64,000 nucleotides of DNA, from assembly GCA_001791995.1 (NCBI GenBank), contig MGFR01000001.1, forward strand, positions 78,880 to 142,879, read 5' to 3'. Position 1 is the first letter of the stretch. Each line of letters begins with the position of its first letter. Positions 55,588-64,000 of the stretch are shown here, one piece after another. The position numbers and the translations under genes are program-made. This DNA comes from Candidatus Woesebacteria bacterium RBG_13_46_13 (GTDB lineage: Bacteria > Patescibacteriota > Microgenomatia > UBA8517). Below the pieces are notes generated by a model that saw nothing but the letters and a program-made list of their open reading frames with translations, had not been told where the DNA came from and ran no database searches.

Positions 55588-58218
55588 ATGAACCCAACCG
55601 TAGCCGTCTTTTCAGAGTACCACCCACTTGTCCTCAACGTTGTCGAAACGCTTCTCGGAAAATCATGCAGGGTTCTAGTTCTTTCTAGCCAAACGGAACA
55701 CTGGAGGATAAACACCAGACATTTAGGTGAATCGGCTCGCATTGAGATTCAGGACGAAAACATCACTTCAACTCTCGCAGAATTCGATTACGCGGTCTGT
55801 TCGCTTTTAACTGACGAAAGGGAGAACTCTTCGGAAGACAGAATTGCCAGGACGATTCAAAATGCGCAGGCATGGCTTTCCAAGACGATATTTATAATTC
55901 CGCTGGCCGGGCTTCCGGAGAAAACCCTCAAGAGCCTGGAGGCCGCAATTAAAGTCGTTGATTTTTCCAGCACGGTAGTTTTTCTCAAGGATACATATGG
56001 TCCAAGGATGTCTTCATCAGAAAAGTACGGATTAGGCGCGGTACTCTCGGGCTATCTTAGGGGAGGGGAGGTTGGGATAAACGGCGAAGATCTATTTTAC
56101 CCAACTTTTTACCCCGACATCGCAAAAGAAATTACAAAGGCTATGTTTTCCTTCGGACCGCCCTACGAGAGCTTTGCCATACTGGGGGAGCCCCTAAAAG
56201 GAGAACAAATAGTGGAGATCTTGGGTAAAGAAAAGGAAGTGCGCATCTCCTTTGGCCGAGCCCCCCAGCAAAGAGAGTTGCTGCCGGGGAACGTGGTTAG
56301 AACCAGCACCCGCTTTTCGGAAGGAATTAAACCAACCCTGGAGTGGTTTAGACAGCAACCCGCACGTAAAGAGGCGATTGTCAAAGCAGTGAAAACGAAA
56401 AAGTCAATGCCTCCGAAGGCCCCAGGGGTTGCCGTTCGTCGTTACCTACTGCTAGCCGCCTTGTTTCTGGTTCTGGCGCCGTTTCTATTGATGGCCACAT
56501 CCGTCCTCTCGCTGGTTGTGGGCAAAAACGGCTTGGAAAAAGGGAATACCGCCTCCTCACAAAGGGCCTTTGCTACCACGAAGTTCACGGCCCGAATGCT
56601 TAAGGCACCTCTGGCCATTGCCGCTTCCGTTCCGGTTTTGGGAAAAGCATTTTATCAACCGCTCCAGGCCTCAAGCCTTTTAGAAAGGGCTTCCGATATC
56701 GGGATAAAGACGGGTAGCGTAGTCGATGGCCTTTCGGGGTTAGTCCAAAAAGCCCTGGGAAAGGAAGTTTATGACCCGCTTCTTTACTCAAAGGAAATGA
56801 CCCTCACCCTTGAAAATCTCTATCAGGAAGTAGGATTTTTGGAAGGAGATATCGGATCTCAAAAAACCCTGATTGGTGGTTTGGCCCACAAATTAATCAA
56901 CAATCTTGACCTGGGAGATATCAAGTCAAAAATTCTGCTATTAAGGGGTGTCACCAAGGAGCTGCCAAGTATTTTGGGGAGAGATAAACCTTCGACCTAT
57001 CTGATTCTTTTTCAAAACAACATGGAATTAAGACCGACGGGTGGTTTTGTCGGGTCTTTAGCCCTGGTTACTTTTGACGGGGGAAGACTTTCGGATATTA
57101 ATGTCTTGGATGTCTATTCCGCAGACGGACAACTCAAGGGCCACGTCGAACCGCCCACTCCAATAAAGGATTATTTGGGAGAGGCAAACTGGTTTTTAAG
57201 AGATTCAAACTGGGATCCGGACTTTCCCACATCCGCATCCAGAGCCGAATGGTTTTTAGGTAAAGAAATAGGTAAAGCAGTAGATGGAGTAATTGCCGTT
57301 GATTTGGAAGTAGCCCGCTCGTTATTAAAAGCGACAGGTCCAATTAAGCTGGCGGATTATGGGCAACAGGTATCGTCAGAAAACCTCTATGAAAAAACCC
57401 AGCAGGAGGTAGAAGAAGCCTTTTTCCCGGGCTCGCACAAGAAAGCGAGTTTCTTAACGGCCCTAGCACAGCAACTTTTAGATGCGATTGTGAATTACCC
57501 CAAAAACCAAAGTTCCACGTTGGCCAACCTTATTCAGCAGAATCTTATAGAGAGACATATTCAGGTATTTTTGCATCAGAAAGAAGCCCAAAAAGCGATT
57601 TCCGGATTTGGCTTCGATGGAAGTTTTTTGGTTCCTTCCTGTGACGGAAATTGCTACTCCGATTTCTTAGGCTTGGTGGAGGCCAATGTCGGAGTCAACA
57701 AGGCAAACTATTTTATCAAAAGGAGCTTCGCTTTGGAGGTGGGGGCGGAAGAAGGAGTTCTGCGAAGATCTTTGCTGGTTCAATATGATAATTCTGCAAA
57801 TCCGGCCCTGGGAAGCCCGGGGAGATACAAAGCCTATCTACGACTGGCCCTACCTCTTGATGTCGAGATTACCACAACCGAAGTTCTATCTCCGGACGCA
57901 GCAGCTACCCCCCCAGAAATAAAAGACGTAGGAGGGAGAAGGGAGGCGGGGGTGCTTCTCGAGATAGCACCGGGGCAGAGCAAAAGCGTTAAGTTTTCTT
58001 GGCAAAGCCCAACCCTTTTGAATTATTCAAAACAAGGGGAGTACCGGCTCTTCTGGCGCAAGCAGGCGGGGACAGACAATGATCCCTTAAAACTAACTTT
58101 TATTCCCCCTTCCGGAGTAGATATCCTCTTCTCTCCGAAATTTTCCTTGACCCAGGCGGGCAGCTTTGTTTATAATACAACTCTGGCGAGAGATTTATTC
58201 TCTCGCGTTTCTTGGTAA
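55588..58218 (+). CDS. DUF4012 protein with N-terminal degenerate SDR/epimerase-like domain
   Basis: LILFQNNMELRPTGGF, LRDSNWDPDFPTS, ANVGVNKAN; N-terminal YGPRM. Confidence 0.8.
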   Translation: MNPTVAVFSEYHPLVLNVVETLLGKSCRVLVLSSQTEHWRINTRHLGESARIEIQDENITSTLAEFDYAVCSLLTDERENSSEDRIARTIQNAQAWLSKTIFIIPLAGLPEKTLKSLEAAIKVVDFSSTVVFLKDTYGPRMSSSEKYGLGAVLSGYLRGGEVGINGEDLFYPTFYPDIAKEITKAMFSFGPPYESFAILGEPLKGEQIVEILGKEKEVRISFGRAPQQRELLPGNVVRTSTRFSEGIKPTLEWFRQQPARKEAIVKAVKTKKSMPPKAPGVAVRRYLLLAALFLVLAPFLLMATSVLSLVVGKNGLEKGNTASSQRAFATTKFTARMLKAPLAIAASVPVLGKAFYQPLQASSLLERASDIGIKTGSVVDGLSGLVQKALGKEVYDPLLYSKEMTLTLENLYQEVGFLEGDIGSQKTLIGGLAHKLINNLDLGDIKSKILLLRGVTKELPSILGRDKPSTYLILFQNNMELRPTGGFVGSLALVTFDGGRLSDINVLDVYSADGQLKGHVEPPTPIKDYLGEANWFLRDSNWDPDFPTSASRAEWFLGKEIGKAVDGVIAVDLEVARSLLKATGPIKLADYGQQVSSENLYEKTQQEVEEAFFPGSHKKASFLTALAQQLLDAIVNYPKNQSSTLANLIQQNLIERHIQVFLHQKEAQKAISGFGFDGSFLVPSCDGNCYSDFLGLVEANVGVNKANYFIKRSFALEVGAEEGVLRRSLLVQYDNSANPALGSPGRYKAYLRLALPLDVEITTTEVLSPDAAATPPEIKDVGGRREAGVLLEIAPGQSKSVKFSWQSPTLLNYSKQGEYRLFWRKQAGTDNDPLKLTFIPPSGVDILFSPKFSLTQAGSFVYNTTLARDLFSRVSW

Positions 58219-58226
58219 AGGTAATT

Positions 58227-58919
58227 ATGGACAAAATTACTCTCAATGCCGAAAAGCGAAAAGTGTTCGGAAGAAAAGTGAAAAACCTGCGGGGAACGGG
58301 GATCTTGCCATGCAATGTTTATGGTAAGAAAATCAAATCCGAGGCTTTGTCGGTTAATACTGCCGATTTTATTGAAGTGTTCGGAAAATCTGGGGAAACC
58401 GCCTTGGTAACCCTGGTTATTAAAAACGGCAAGACGGAAGAGAAGGCAGTACTTATCTCCAACGTCCAACTGGATCCCCGAAGCGATAAACCAATCCATG
58501 CGGACTTTCATCAAGTCGACCTCAAAGAAAAAGTTACGGCCGAGGTGCCGGTCGAGCTGAACGGAGAATCTCCGGCGGAAAAGCAAAGTTTGGGAACGGT
58601 TGTTCAGTATATAGACGAAATAGAAGTTACGGCCCTTCCTACAGACCTTCCTGAAAAGTTCACTTTGGACATATCGGTCTTGGCGGAGGTGGACCAGGCA
58701 ATCTATATAAAAGATTTACAGGTTGATAAAGGCAAGGTTGAGCTTAAGGCCGACCCCGAGACAATTTTGGTAAAAGTTGAACCTCCTCAAAAGGAAGAAG
58801 TGATTGCTCCTCCGGCAGAAGAAGTTGTTCCAGAAGGGGAAGCACCGGTCGAGGGGGAGGCCGCACCAACAGAAGAAGGCCCAACCCCAGAAGTGACGGA
58901 AACCCCGACAGAGCAATAG
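58227..58919 (+). CDS. rplY: 50S ribosomal protein L25/Ctc
   Basis: LRGTGILPCNVYG, HADF, VPVEL.GESPA; acidic Pro/Glu tail. Confidence 0.92.
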   Translation: MDKITLNAEKRKVFGRKVKNLRGTGILPCNVYGKKIKSEALSVNTADFIEVFGKSGETALVTLVIKNGKTEEKAVLISNVQLDPRSDKPIHADFHQVDLKEKVTAEVPVELNGESPAEKQSLGTVVQYIDEIEVTALPTDLPEKFTLDISVLAEVDQAIYIKDLQVDKGKVELKADPETILVKVEPPQKEEVIAPPAEEVVPEGEAPVEGEAAPTEEGPTPEVTETPTEQ

Positions 58920-58920
58920 T

Positions 58921-59298
58921 CTATTCTGATAGGAGAATTTTTAGCTCACGCAGCTTTGGCGAATTTGGATTAATTTCTACAGCCTTTTGATAAGCGAACA
59001 AAGATCCTGCTTTGTCTCCCGACTCCAGCCTGAGAGTGGTCAGCTCGACCCAGCCGTCAAAATACGAGGGATTGCGGTTCACAAAATCCTGCCAGAAAGA
59101 TATTTCGCCGGCCACGTCTTTGTTGGTAGTTTCGACCGTAATACCCAGCACCTTATTGTTTTTGCTAAGTTCGAGGTTAAAAACCGAAAGGGTTAAGAGA
59201 ACCAGGGTTGCGCAACAGCTACAAAGAAAAACGATCTGCTTTTTCCAGCCCGGATGCTTTTTTGCAAGGTGTTTGTGTCTTCCGTTATTTTTGGGCAT
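58921..59298 (-). CDS. Small membrane-anchored TPR-like protein
   Basis: TM, VLG, NPSYFDGW..L...AYQKAVEINPNS. Confidence 0.7.
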   Translation of the reverse strand: MPKNNGRHKHLAKKHPGWKKQIVFLCSCCATLVLLTLSVFNLELSKNNKVLGITVETTNKDVAGEISFWQDFVNRNPSYFDGWVELTTLRLESGDKAGSLFAYQKAVEINPNSPKLRELKILLSE

Positions 59299-59332
59299 TG
59301 GCAGAAACTAAAAAATTTTGTTAGACTTAATT

Positions 59333-59746
59333 ATGGACGAGAGCCAACCACAAGCGCAAGGGGGAGTGGCGCCGGTTTCTAACCCAACTCCGGCAGCACC
59401 CGTGGTCACACCCGAGGTTCCGCAGCCGGTTCAACCACCTGCGCCGGTATTGGAACCTTCACCCCAAGTGGCACCAGTTAGCCCAACCCCAAAAAAGCCT
59501 AATCTGGTATTGATTATCGGAACGATAGTCCTTATTTTGGCAATTGTAGCCTTGGCCGGTTTTTACTTTTTAAATACAAAGAAGACAGGCGAGAACCTAA
59601 CAACCCCGGAGGTTACCCCGACAATTATCGAACAGGGGCCGACCATAACACCAACCGAGACTCCCACGGCAACTGAAACAGGAAGTATTACTCCTACGGC
59701 GACAGAATCGCCAACGGTTTCTCCTTCAGCAACCCTCACACCCTAG
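59333..59746 (+). CDS. Pro/Thr-rich single-pass membrane protein
   Basis: Pro-rich N-terminus, TM, TP/TE-rich C-terminus; TAGACT 5 nt upstream of ATG. Confidence 0.75.
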   Translation: MDESQPQAQGGVAPVSNPTPAAPVVTPEVPQPVQPPAPVLEPSPQVAPVSPTPKKPNLVLIIGTIVLILAIVALAGFYFLNTKKTGENLTTPEVTPTIIEQGPTITPTETPTATETGSITPTATESPTVSPSATLTP

Positions 59747-61793
59747 GCCAAGAGGCTGAGATTAGAGTCGGGGAGTCGGATGCATCTCTTGCTTCTTGCC
59801 AGGCGGCCTCTGTCACAAAGGGCATAAAAGGATGAAGCAGCACCAGAAATATTTTTAGCCCCCAGCGCAGTTCGGCAGCATCAATTTTTCCCTGCTTGGC
59901 TTCTTCTATAGCCTCATCACAGAACCAGTGCCAGAATTCGGCATAGAGATACTCTGCGGCCAGGCTTAATTGAAATTTATTCAGGTATTTGTCCGTTTCG
60001 TGGACGATTGTCTTGACCTTACTCTTAAAGAGTGTGTTTTTGGTGGCGGTGGCCGAAAAGTCTTTTATAAAACGCGTAGCGTTCCAGATTTTATTGGAGA
60101 AATTGCGCTGGGCGCGCACGTTATCTTCGGACAAGGAAACGTCATTCTCAACCAGAGCCCCCCAGACGAGACTCATTCTGACAGCGTCGGCTCCGTATTT
60201 TTCAGACATCACAATAGGGTCGATTACGTTGCCCTTGGATTTTGATATTTTTTGTCCCTCCCTGTCCCTTACCAGACCGTGAATCAGGACTTTTTCGAAG
60301 GGCACCTTGCCTGTGGCGTAGACTCCAAGCATGATCATGCGGATGACCCAAAAAGGAACAATGTCATAGGCCGTCTCCATCACCGAGGTCGGGTAAAAAT
60401 ATTCGAAATCTCCCTTCTCGGAGGATTGCAGGGTTGCAAAAGGCCACTGGCCCGAAGAAAACCAGGTATCAAAGGTGTCGGGGTCCTGACTGAGGGACTG
60501 ATGTCCGCAAAAGCCGCAGGACTTGGGGCTTTCACCCGCTGTTATTGTCCACTCCAGGCACTTGTCGCAACGCCAGGCTGGAATTCTTATTCCCCAGACA
60601 ATCTGACGGCCGATGTTCCAGTCCCGCAAGTTCTTTAGCCAGTGTTTGGCTATTTTTCCGAATTTTTCGGCGGTAAAGGTAACAGATCCCGAAGACATCG
60701 CCCTTAGGGCGGCCTCCGCCAAGGGTTTGATGGCAACAAACCACTGCTTGGAAAGAAGGGGTTCAATTAAGCCTTTATCTTTATAGCAAACTCCTACCAG
60801 ATGTTTGATTGTCTCGACTTTTTTGACCAGCCCGAGGGTGGAGAGGTCTTTGACAACTTCCTCCCTTGCCTCAGTCGCCTTCAAGCCGATATATTTTTCG
60901 GGAGTGCCTGTCATCCTACCCGAGGAGTCGATCACGGATAGGGCGGAAAGGCCGTGTTTCTGGCCTATTTCAAAGTCCAGAGCATCGTGTCCGGGAGTTA
61001 TTTTTAGAGCACCGGTGCCGAAATCTTTATCGACCAGACCATCCGCGATTATCGGCAGGTTTCTGCCAACGATAGGCAGTTTGGCAAACTTACCAACGAG
61101 AGCTTTATAACGGGAGTCTTTGGGATTGACGGCCACCGCGACATCGGCAAAGATGGTTTCTGGTCGGGTGGTGGCAACCGTTATCGTTCCATAATTAATG
61201 AAGTAGAGCGAATCATTTCTTTCAACGGAATTGACTTCAAGCTGGGAATAGGTGGTACCGCAGCGGGGACAGTAGTTGAGGATTCTTTCCCCGCGGTATA
61301 TAAGGCCATCATCGTAGAGTTTTTTAAAGGTTTGATAGACAATTTTGACGATCGCGGGCTCGAGGGTGAAATGGTTTCTGCTCCAATCGCAGGAAGCACC
61401 CAGAGTCTTAAGCTGCGCCTCCATGGTTTTTTTGTTTTGCAGGGAGAACTTCCAAAGCATTTGGTAGAATTCTTCCCTGGAAAAATCAAGTCTGCTTTTG
61501 CCTTCATCCCTGAGTTTTTTCTCGAAAACATACTGGGTCTCGATTCCCGCGTGGTCGCTGCCGGGGAGCCAGAGGGTGGGGTCTCCCTTCATCCGGTGAT
61601 AACGCACCATGGCGTCTTGAATAGTGACAAAGCGGGCGTGGCCAATATGTAAGGGTGCATTGGCGTTGGGGGGAGGCATGATAATCGTAAAAGGGGACTT
61701 GTGTTTATCTATCTTGGGGGTGAAGGCTCCGGATTTTTCCCAAAGAGAGTAGACCTTGCTTTCGGATGTCTGGTGAGAATATGCCTTGTCCAC
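59736..61793 (-). CDS. valS: Valyl-tRNA synthetase (compact)
   Basis: PPPN, HIGH, DHAGIETQ, TTRPET, DTFDTWFSSGQWP, KISKSKGN. Confidence 0.95.
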   Translation of the reverse strand: MDKAYSHQTSESKVYSLWEKSGAFTPKIDKHKSPFTIIMPPPNANAPLHIGHARFVTIQDAMVRYHRMKGDPTLWLPGSDHAGIETQYVFEKKLRDEGKSRLDFSREEFYQMLWKFSLQNKKTMEAQLKTLGASCDWSRNHFTLEPAIVKIVYQTFKKLYDDGLIYRGERILNYCPRCGTTYSQLEVNSVERNDSLYFINYGTITVATTRPETIFADVAVAVNPKDSRYKALVGKFAKLPIVGRNLPIIADGLVDKDFGTGALKITPGHDALDFEIGQKHGLSALSVIDSSGRMTGTPEKYIGLKATEAREEVVKDLSTLGLVKKVETIKHLVGVCYKDKGLIEPLLSKQWFVAIKPLAEAALRAMSSGSVTFTAEKFGKIAKHWLKNLRDWNIGRQIVWGIRIPAWRCDKCLEWTITAGESPKSCGFCGHQSLSQDPDTFDTWFSSGQWPFATLQSSEKGDFEYFYPTSVMETAYDIVPFWVIRMIMLGVYATGKVPFEKVLIHGLVRDREGQKISKSKGNVIDPIVMSEKYGADAVRMSLVWGALVENDVSLSEDNVRAQRNFSNKIWNATRFIKDFSATATKNTLFKSKVKTIVHETDKYLNKFQLSLAAEYLYAEFWHWFCDEAIEEAKQGKIDAAELRWGLKIFLVLLHPFMPFVTEAAWQEARDASDSPTLISASWPRV

Positions 61794-61823
61794 TGTCAAA
61801 TTATAAACGAAGTGCAGGCAAAA

Positions 61824-62843
61824 CTAAACCTGGCCGTTGATGCCCAGGTCGGGCTTTGTTTCAAGGCTTTCCCAGGCAACGGGGAAGTGACAAAAGTAGG
61901 CACAGGCAGCAATGTAACCGGCGTTATCCGTACAAAGATTCGGAGCAGGGACCCTGAAATTGACCTTCAACTTTAGATGCTTAATTTTTGACTCGAAGGC
62001 TTCTCTCAAGCGTTCATTTGCCGAGACCCCGCCGGCCAGAAGCAACGATTTGGGCTTAAATTCCCAAACCGCCCGCAGGGTTTTTGTTACCAGAACATCA
62101 ACTATCGCTTCCTGGAGCTCGGCCGCCATTTGTTCGCGGCTTATGCCCAGGTTTTTATCTTGGGTGGCCCTTAGGACTGCGGTTTTGAGGCCGGAAAAAC
62201 TGAAATCAAAGTTGGGCTCATCAATCATCGGCCTGGGAAAAAGTTTTAATTTGAAGTTGGAATTTGGAAATTCAAATTTCTCCGCGGTGGCGGCGATAGC
62301 GGGGCCGCCGGGATAGGCAAGGCCCAAAAGCCGGGCTGATTTGTCAAAAGCCTCTCCTGCCGCGTCGTCTCTGGTTCCGCCTATCCATTCAAGTTTCCCG
62401 TGGGTTTTCATCAACACCAAATCTGTATGTCCGCCGGAAACAACCAGGGCTATGGCCGGAAACTCGGGTGCAGGCCCGCCAAGCCAGTTGGCATAAATGT
62501 GTGCCAGAAGATGATTGACAGGAACAATCGGTTTTTGGTAAAGATACGCCAGGGTTTTGGCCGTTTCCACACCGACCAGAAGTGAGCCGACCAAACCTGG
62601 ACCTACGGTGGTGGCGATGACATCAATCTCCTCCATCTCGCATTTGGCTTCCGCGAGCGCCTCCTGCAGGACAGGCAGAACGCTAACCACCTGAGCCCTG
62701 GCGGCGGCTTCCGGGATAACCCCACCGGTTTTGGCATGCATTTCGGCGGAGGAGGCAACCACACTGGAGAGAATTTTTGCACCGTTTTCAACCACGGCAG
62801 CCGCGGTTTCGTCACAACTTGTTTCAATTCCCAGAATTTTCAT
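61824..62843 (-). CDS. tsaD: tRNA t6A threonylcarbamoyltransferase
   Basis: GIETSCDETA, HLLAH, VSGGHT, DDAAGEAFDK, FSFSGLKT, CTDNA. Confidence 0.96.
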   Translation of the reverse strand: MKILGIETSCDETAAAVVENGAKILSSVVASSAEMHAKTGGVIPEAAARAQVVSVLPVLQEALAEAKCEMEEIDVIATTVGPGLVGSLLVGVETAKTLAYLYQKPIVPVNHLLAHIYANWLGGPAPEFPAIALVVSGGHTDLVLMKTHGKLEWIGGTRDDAAGEAFDKSARLLGLAYPGGPAIAATAEKFEFPNSNFKLKLFPRPMIDEPNFDFSFSGLKTAVLRATQDKNLGISREQMAAELQEAIVDVLVTKTLRAVWEFKPKSLLLAGGVSANERLREAFESKIKHLKLKVNFRVPAPNLCTDNAGYIAACAYFCHFPVAWESLETKPDLGINGQV

Positions 62844-62891
62844 AAATCTTGTACTTGTTTTTGAATTATACAACGTGGCAAAATCTAGAAA

Positions 62892-63410
62892 GTGTTTTTT
62901 GGAAAAGAAAGACCGGTCGAATTAAGAGGGGTTTTCTCTAGCGCAGCAGTTCTTTGGTCGACTCTTCCTACGGAATGCTCCCGCAATCGCTTGGTAAATT
63001 GTGGTTATGTCGAGGTCATGTTTCCAAAACCGCTCCTAAGATTATTTGATATACAGGAAAACCCGGCCGAAGTTCGCAGACTTAACCTCTCGGTATATTC
63101 ACAGAACGACGGACACGGTAGGGGAATGGCGAGGATTTTTGCCGAAACAAACGGGGTGAAGGTTACTTTTTTAATCACCTCCACCGGAGGAGAAGAGACG
63201 TCGGGAAGAAGGCTAACCCTGCAGAGGGATTTTGGGGACGGCACGGCAGATACGGTCAGGGTGAAGGATGCCAACAAAGACGGCTTTGTGTTGGAAGCTC
63301 TGGACGAGCTGGTCGATCTTCACAGAAAGGGAATTCAAAAAATAGATCAAGCTTTATTGTGCGGGAGCTGTGCCGCGAAGATAGACGGCTTGCCAGGGTC
63401 GGTAGTTTGA
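62892..63410 (+). CDS. Hypothetical protein
   Basis: 172-aa ORF filling an otherwise empty gap; 3' end overlaps the vanW 3' end by 57 nt. Confidence 0.45.
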   Translation: MFFGKERPVELRGVFSSAAVLWSTLPTECSRNRLVNCGYVEVMFPKPLLRLFDIQENPAEVRRLNLSVYSQNDGHGRGMARIFAETNGVKVTFLITSTGGEETSGRRLTLQRDFGDGTADTVRVKDANKDGFVLEALDELVDLHRKGIQKIDQALLCGSCAAKIDGLPGSVV

Positions 63411-64000
63411 AACAAAGGTCTTTTTATATATTACTTCCCCGGCTCTGGTAACCGAATAGTTAAAGCTGACCCTGGCCCCCCAAGCTTTATAGTCTATCTG
63501 CTTGGTTTGACCGACGGGAATGGTGGGATCGTCCACATACAAATCTTCCGGCGGAGGGGTCTGGCTTGAAATAATCGGTTTACTGGTGGTGGCGATTCTG
63601 CCGTCATTGGTTCCGTAGATTTCAAAGATTAAGGTTGCCGTTTTGGTATCAACCGTAGGTTGGATCAGAATATGTCCGGGGGTGTCATTTTTGATCTTCA
63701 AATCCGGACTCGGAGAATAGACGGTGGCATCAAATCCCGGGACGGAATCCTGTTCGTAGTAGCCGACCCGGTAAGCGTGGGCAACCCGCTCGACAATCGG
63801 CAGTCCCGCCCCCAAGGCAGCCCGAAAAAGGGTAGTGGAGACCTGGCAAACTCCGCCCCCGTCGCCCAGGACGGTTTTGCCTTCTTTGATGACATAGGCC
63901 TGTTTAAATCCGGTCAGCTCCGAGACGTCGCCCAAGAGTTGATTAAAAGACAGAGTTTCACCGGGGGGAACCAAGACACCTTTAAACCTTGAGGAAGCCA
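63354..64000 (-). CDS. VanW-family protein (3' part, starts beyond window)
   Basis: FNQLLG, GGGVCQVSTTLFRAAL, ER.AH.Y, G.DAT, DLKIKN. Confidence 0.9.
   Translation of the reverse strand, partial: ASSRFKGVLVPPGETLSFNQLLGDVSELTGFKQAYVIKEGKTVLGDGGGVCQVSTTLFRAALGAGLPIVERVAHAYRVGYYEQDSVPGFDATVYSPSPDLKIKNDTPGHILIQPTVDTKTATLIFEIYGTNDGRIATTSKPIISSQTPPPEDLYVDDPTIPVGQTKQIDYKAWGARVSFNYSVTRAGEVIYKKTFVSNYRPWQAVYLRGTAPAQ

Noticed and set aside
59333-59746. Repetitive Pro/Thr sequence as tandem repeat or CRISPR
   Set aside because: Low-complexity coding linker; no repeat-spacer array or cas gene anywhere in the window
1-64000. Alternative genetic code (TGA recoding as in some CPR lineages)
   Set aside because: Conserved genes translate full length under code 11, and several end in TGA (e.g. 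rpoD, dnaA)

Overview
Chromosomal segment of a small-genome bacterium. Gene content and style (split transketolase, archaeal-type TPI, class I FBA, DUF4012, TrbC-like pilin array, many promoter-to-start leaderless genes) point to Patescibacteria/CPR, probably Microgenomates; this is inference. In order: a glycolysis/pentose-phosphate operon (1-11.6 kb); a cobalamin riboswitch ahead of an orphan Zn-ribbon gene (12.4-13.3 kb); GT2/GT-C glycosylation genes; a low-GC islet of two integrase-free cassettes stacked at the 3' end of tRNA-Asn (18.6-21.7 kb); rpoD-dnaG; five more tRNAs including all four Ser isoacceptors and Arg(GCG); comF, smpB and tmRNA; a ~15 kb conjugation-type (T4SS-like) locus with eight tandem pilin paralogs beside the origin; dnaN-oriC-dnaA-rpmH-rnpA-yidD-yidC-jag; then rnhA, DUF4012, rplY, valS, tsaD and vanW. 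The best novelty candidates are the tRNA-anchored cassette array, the B12 riboswitch-controlled orphan, and the origin-linked multi-pilin secretion system. All family calls come from motif recognition by eye; no searches were run.
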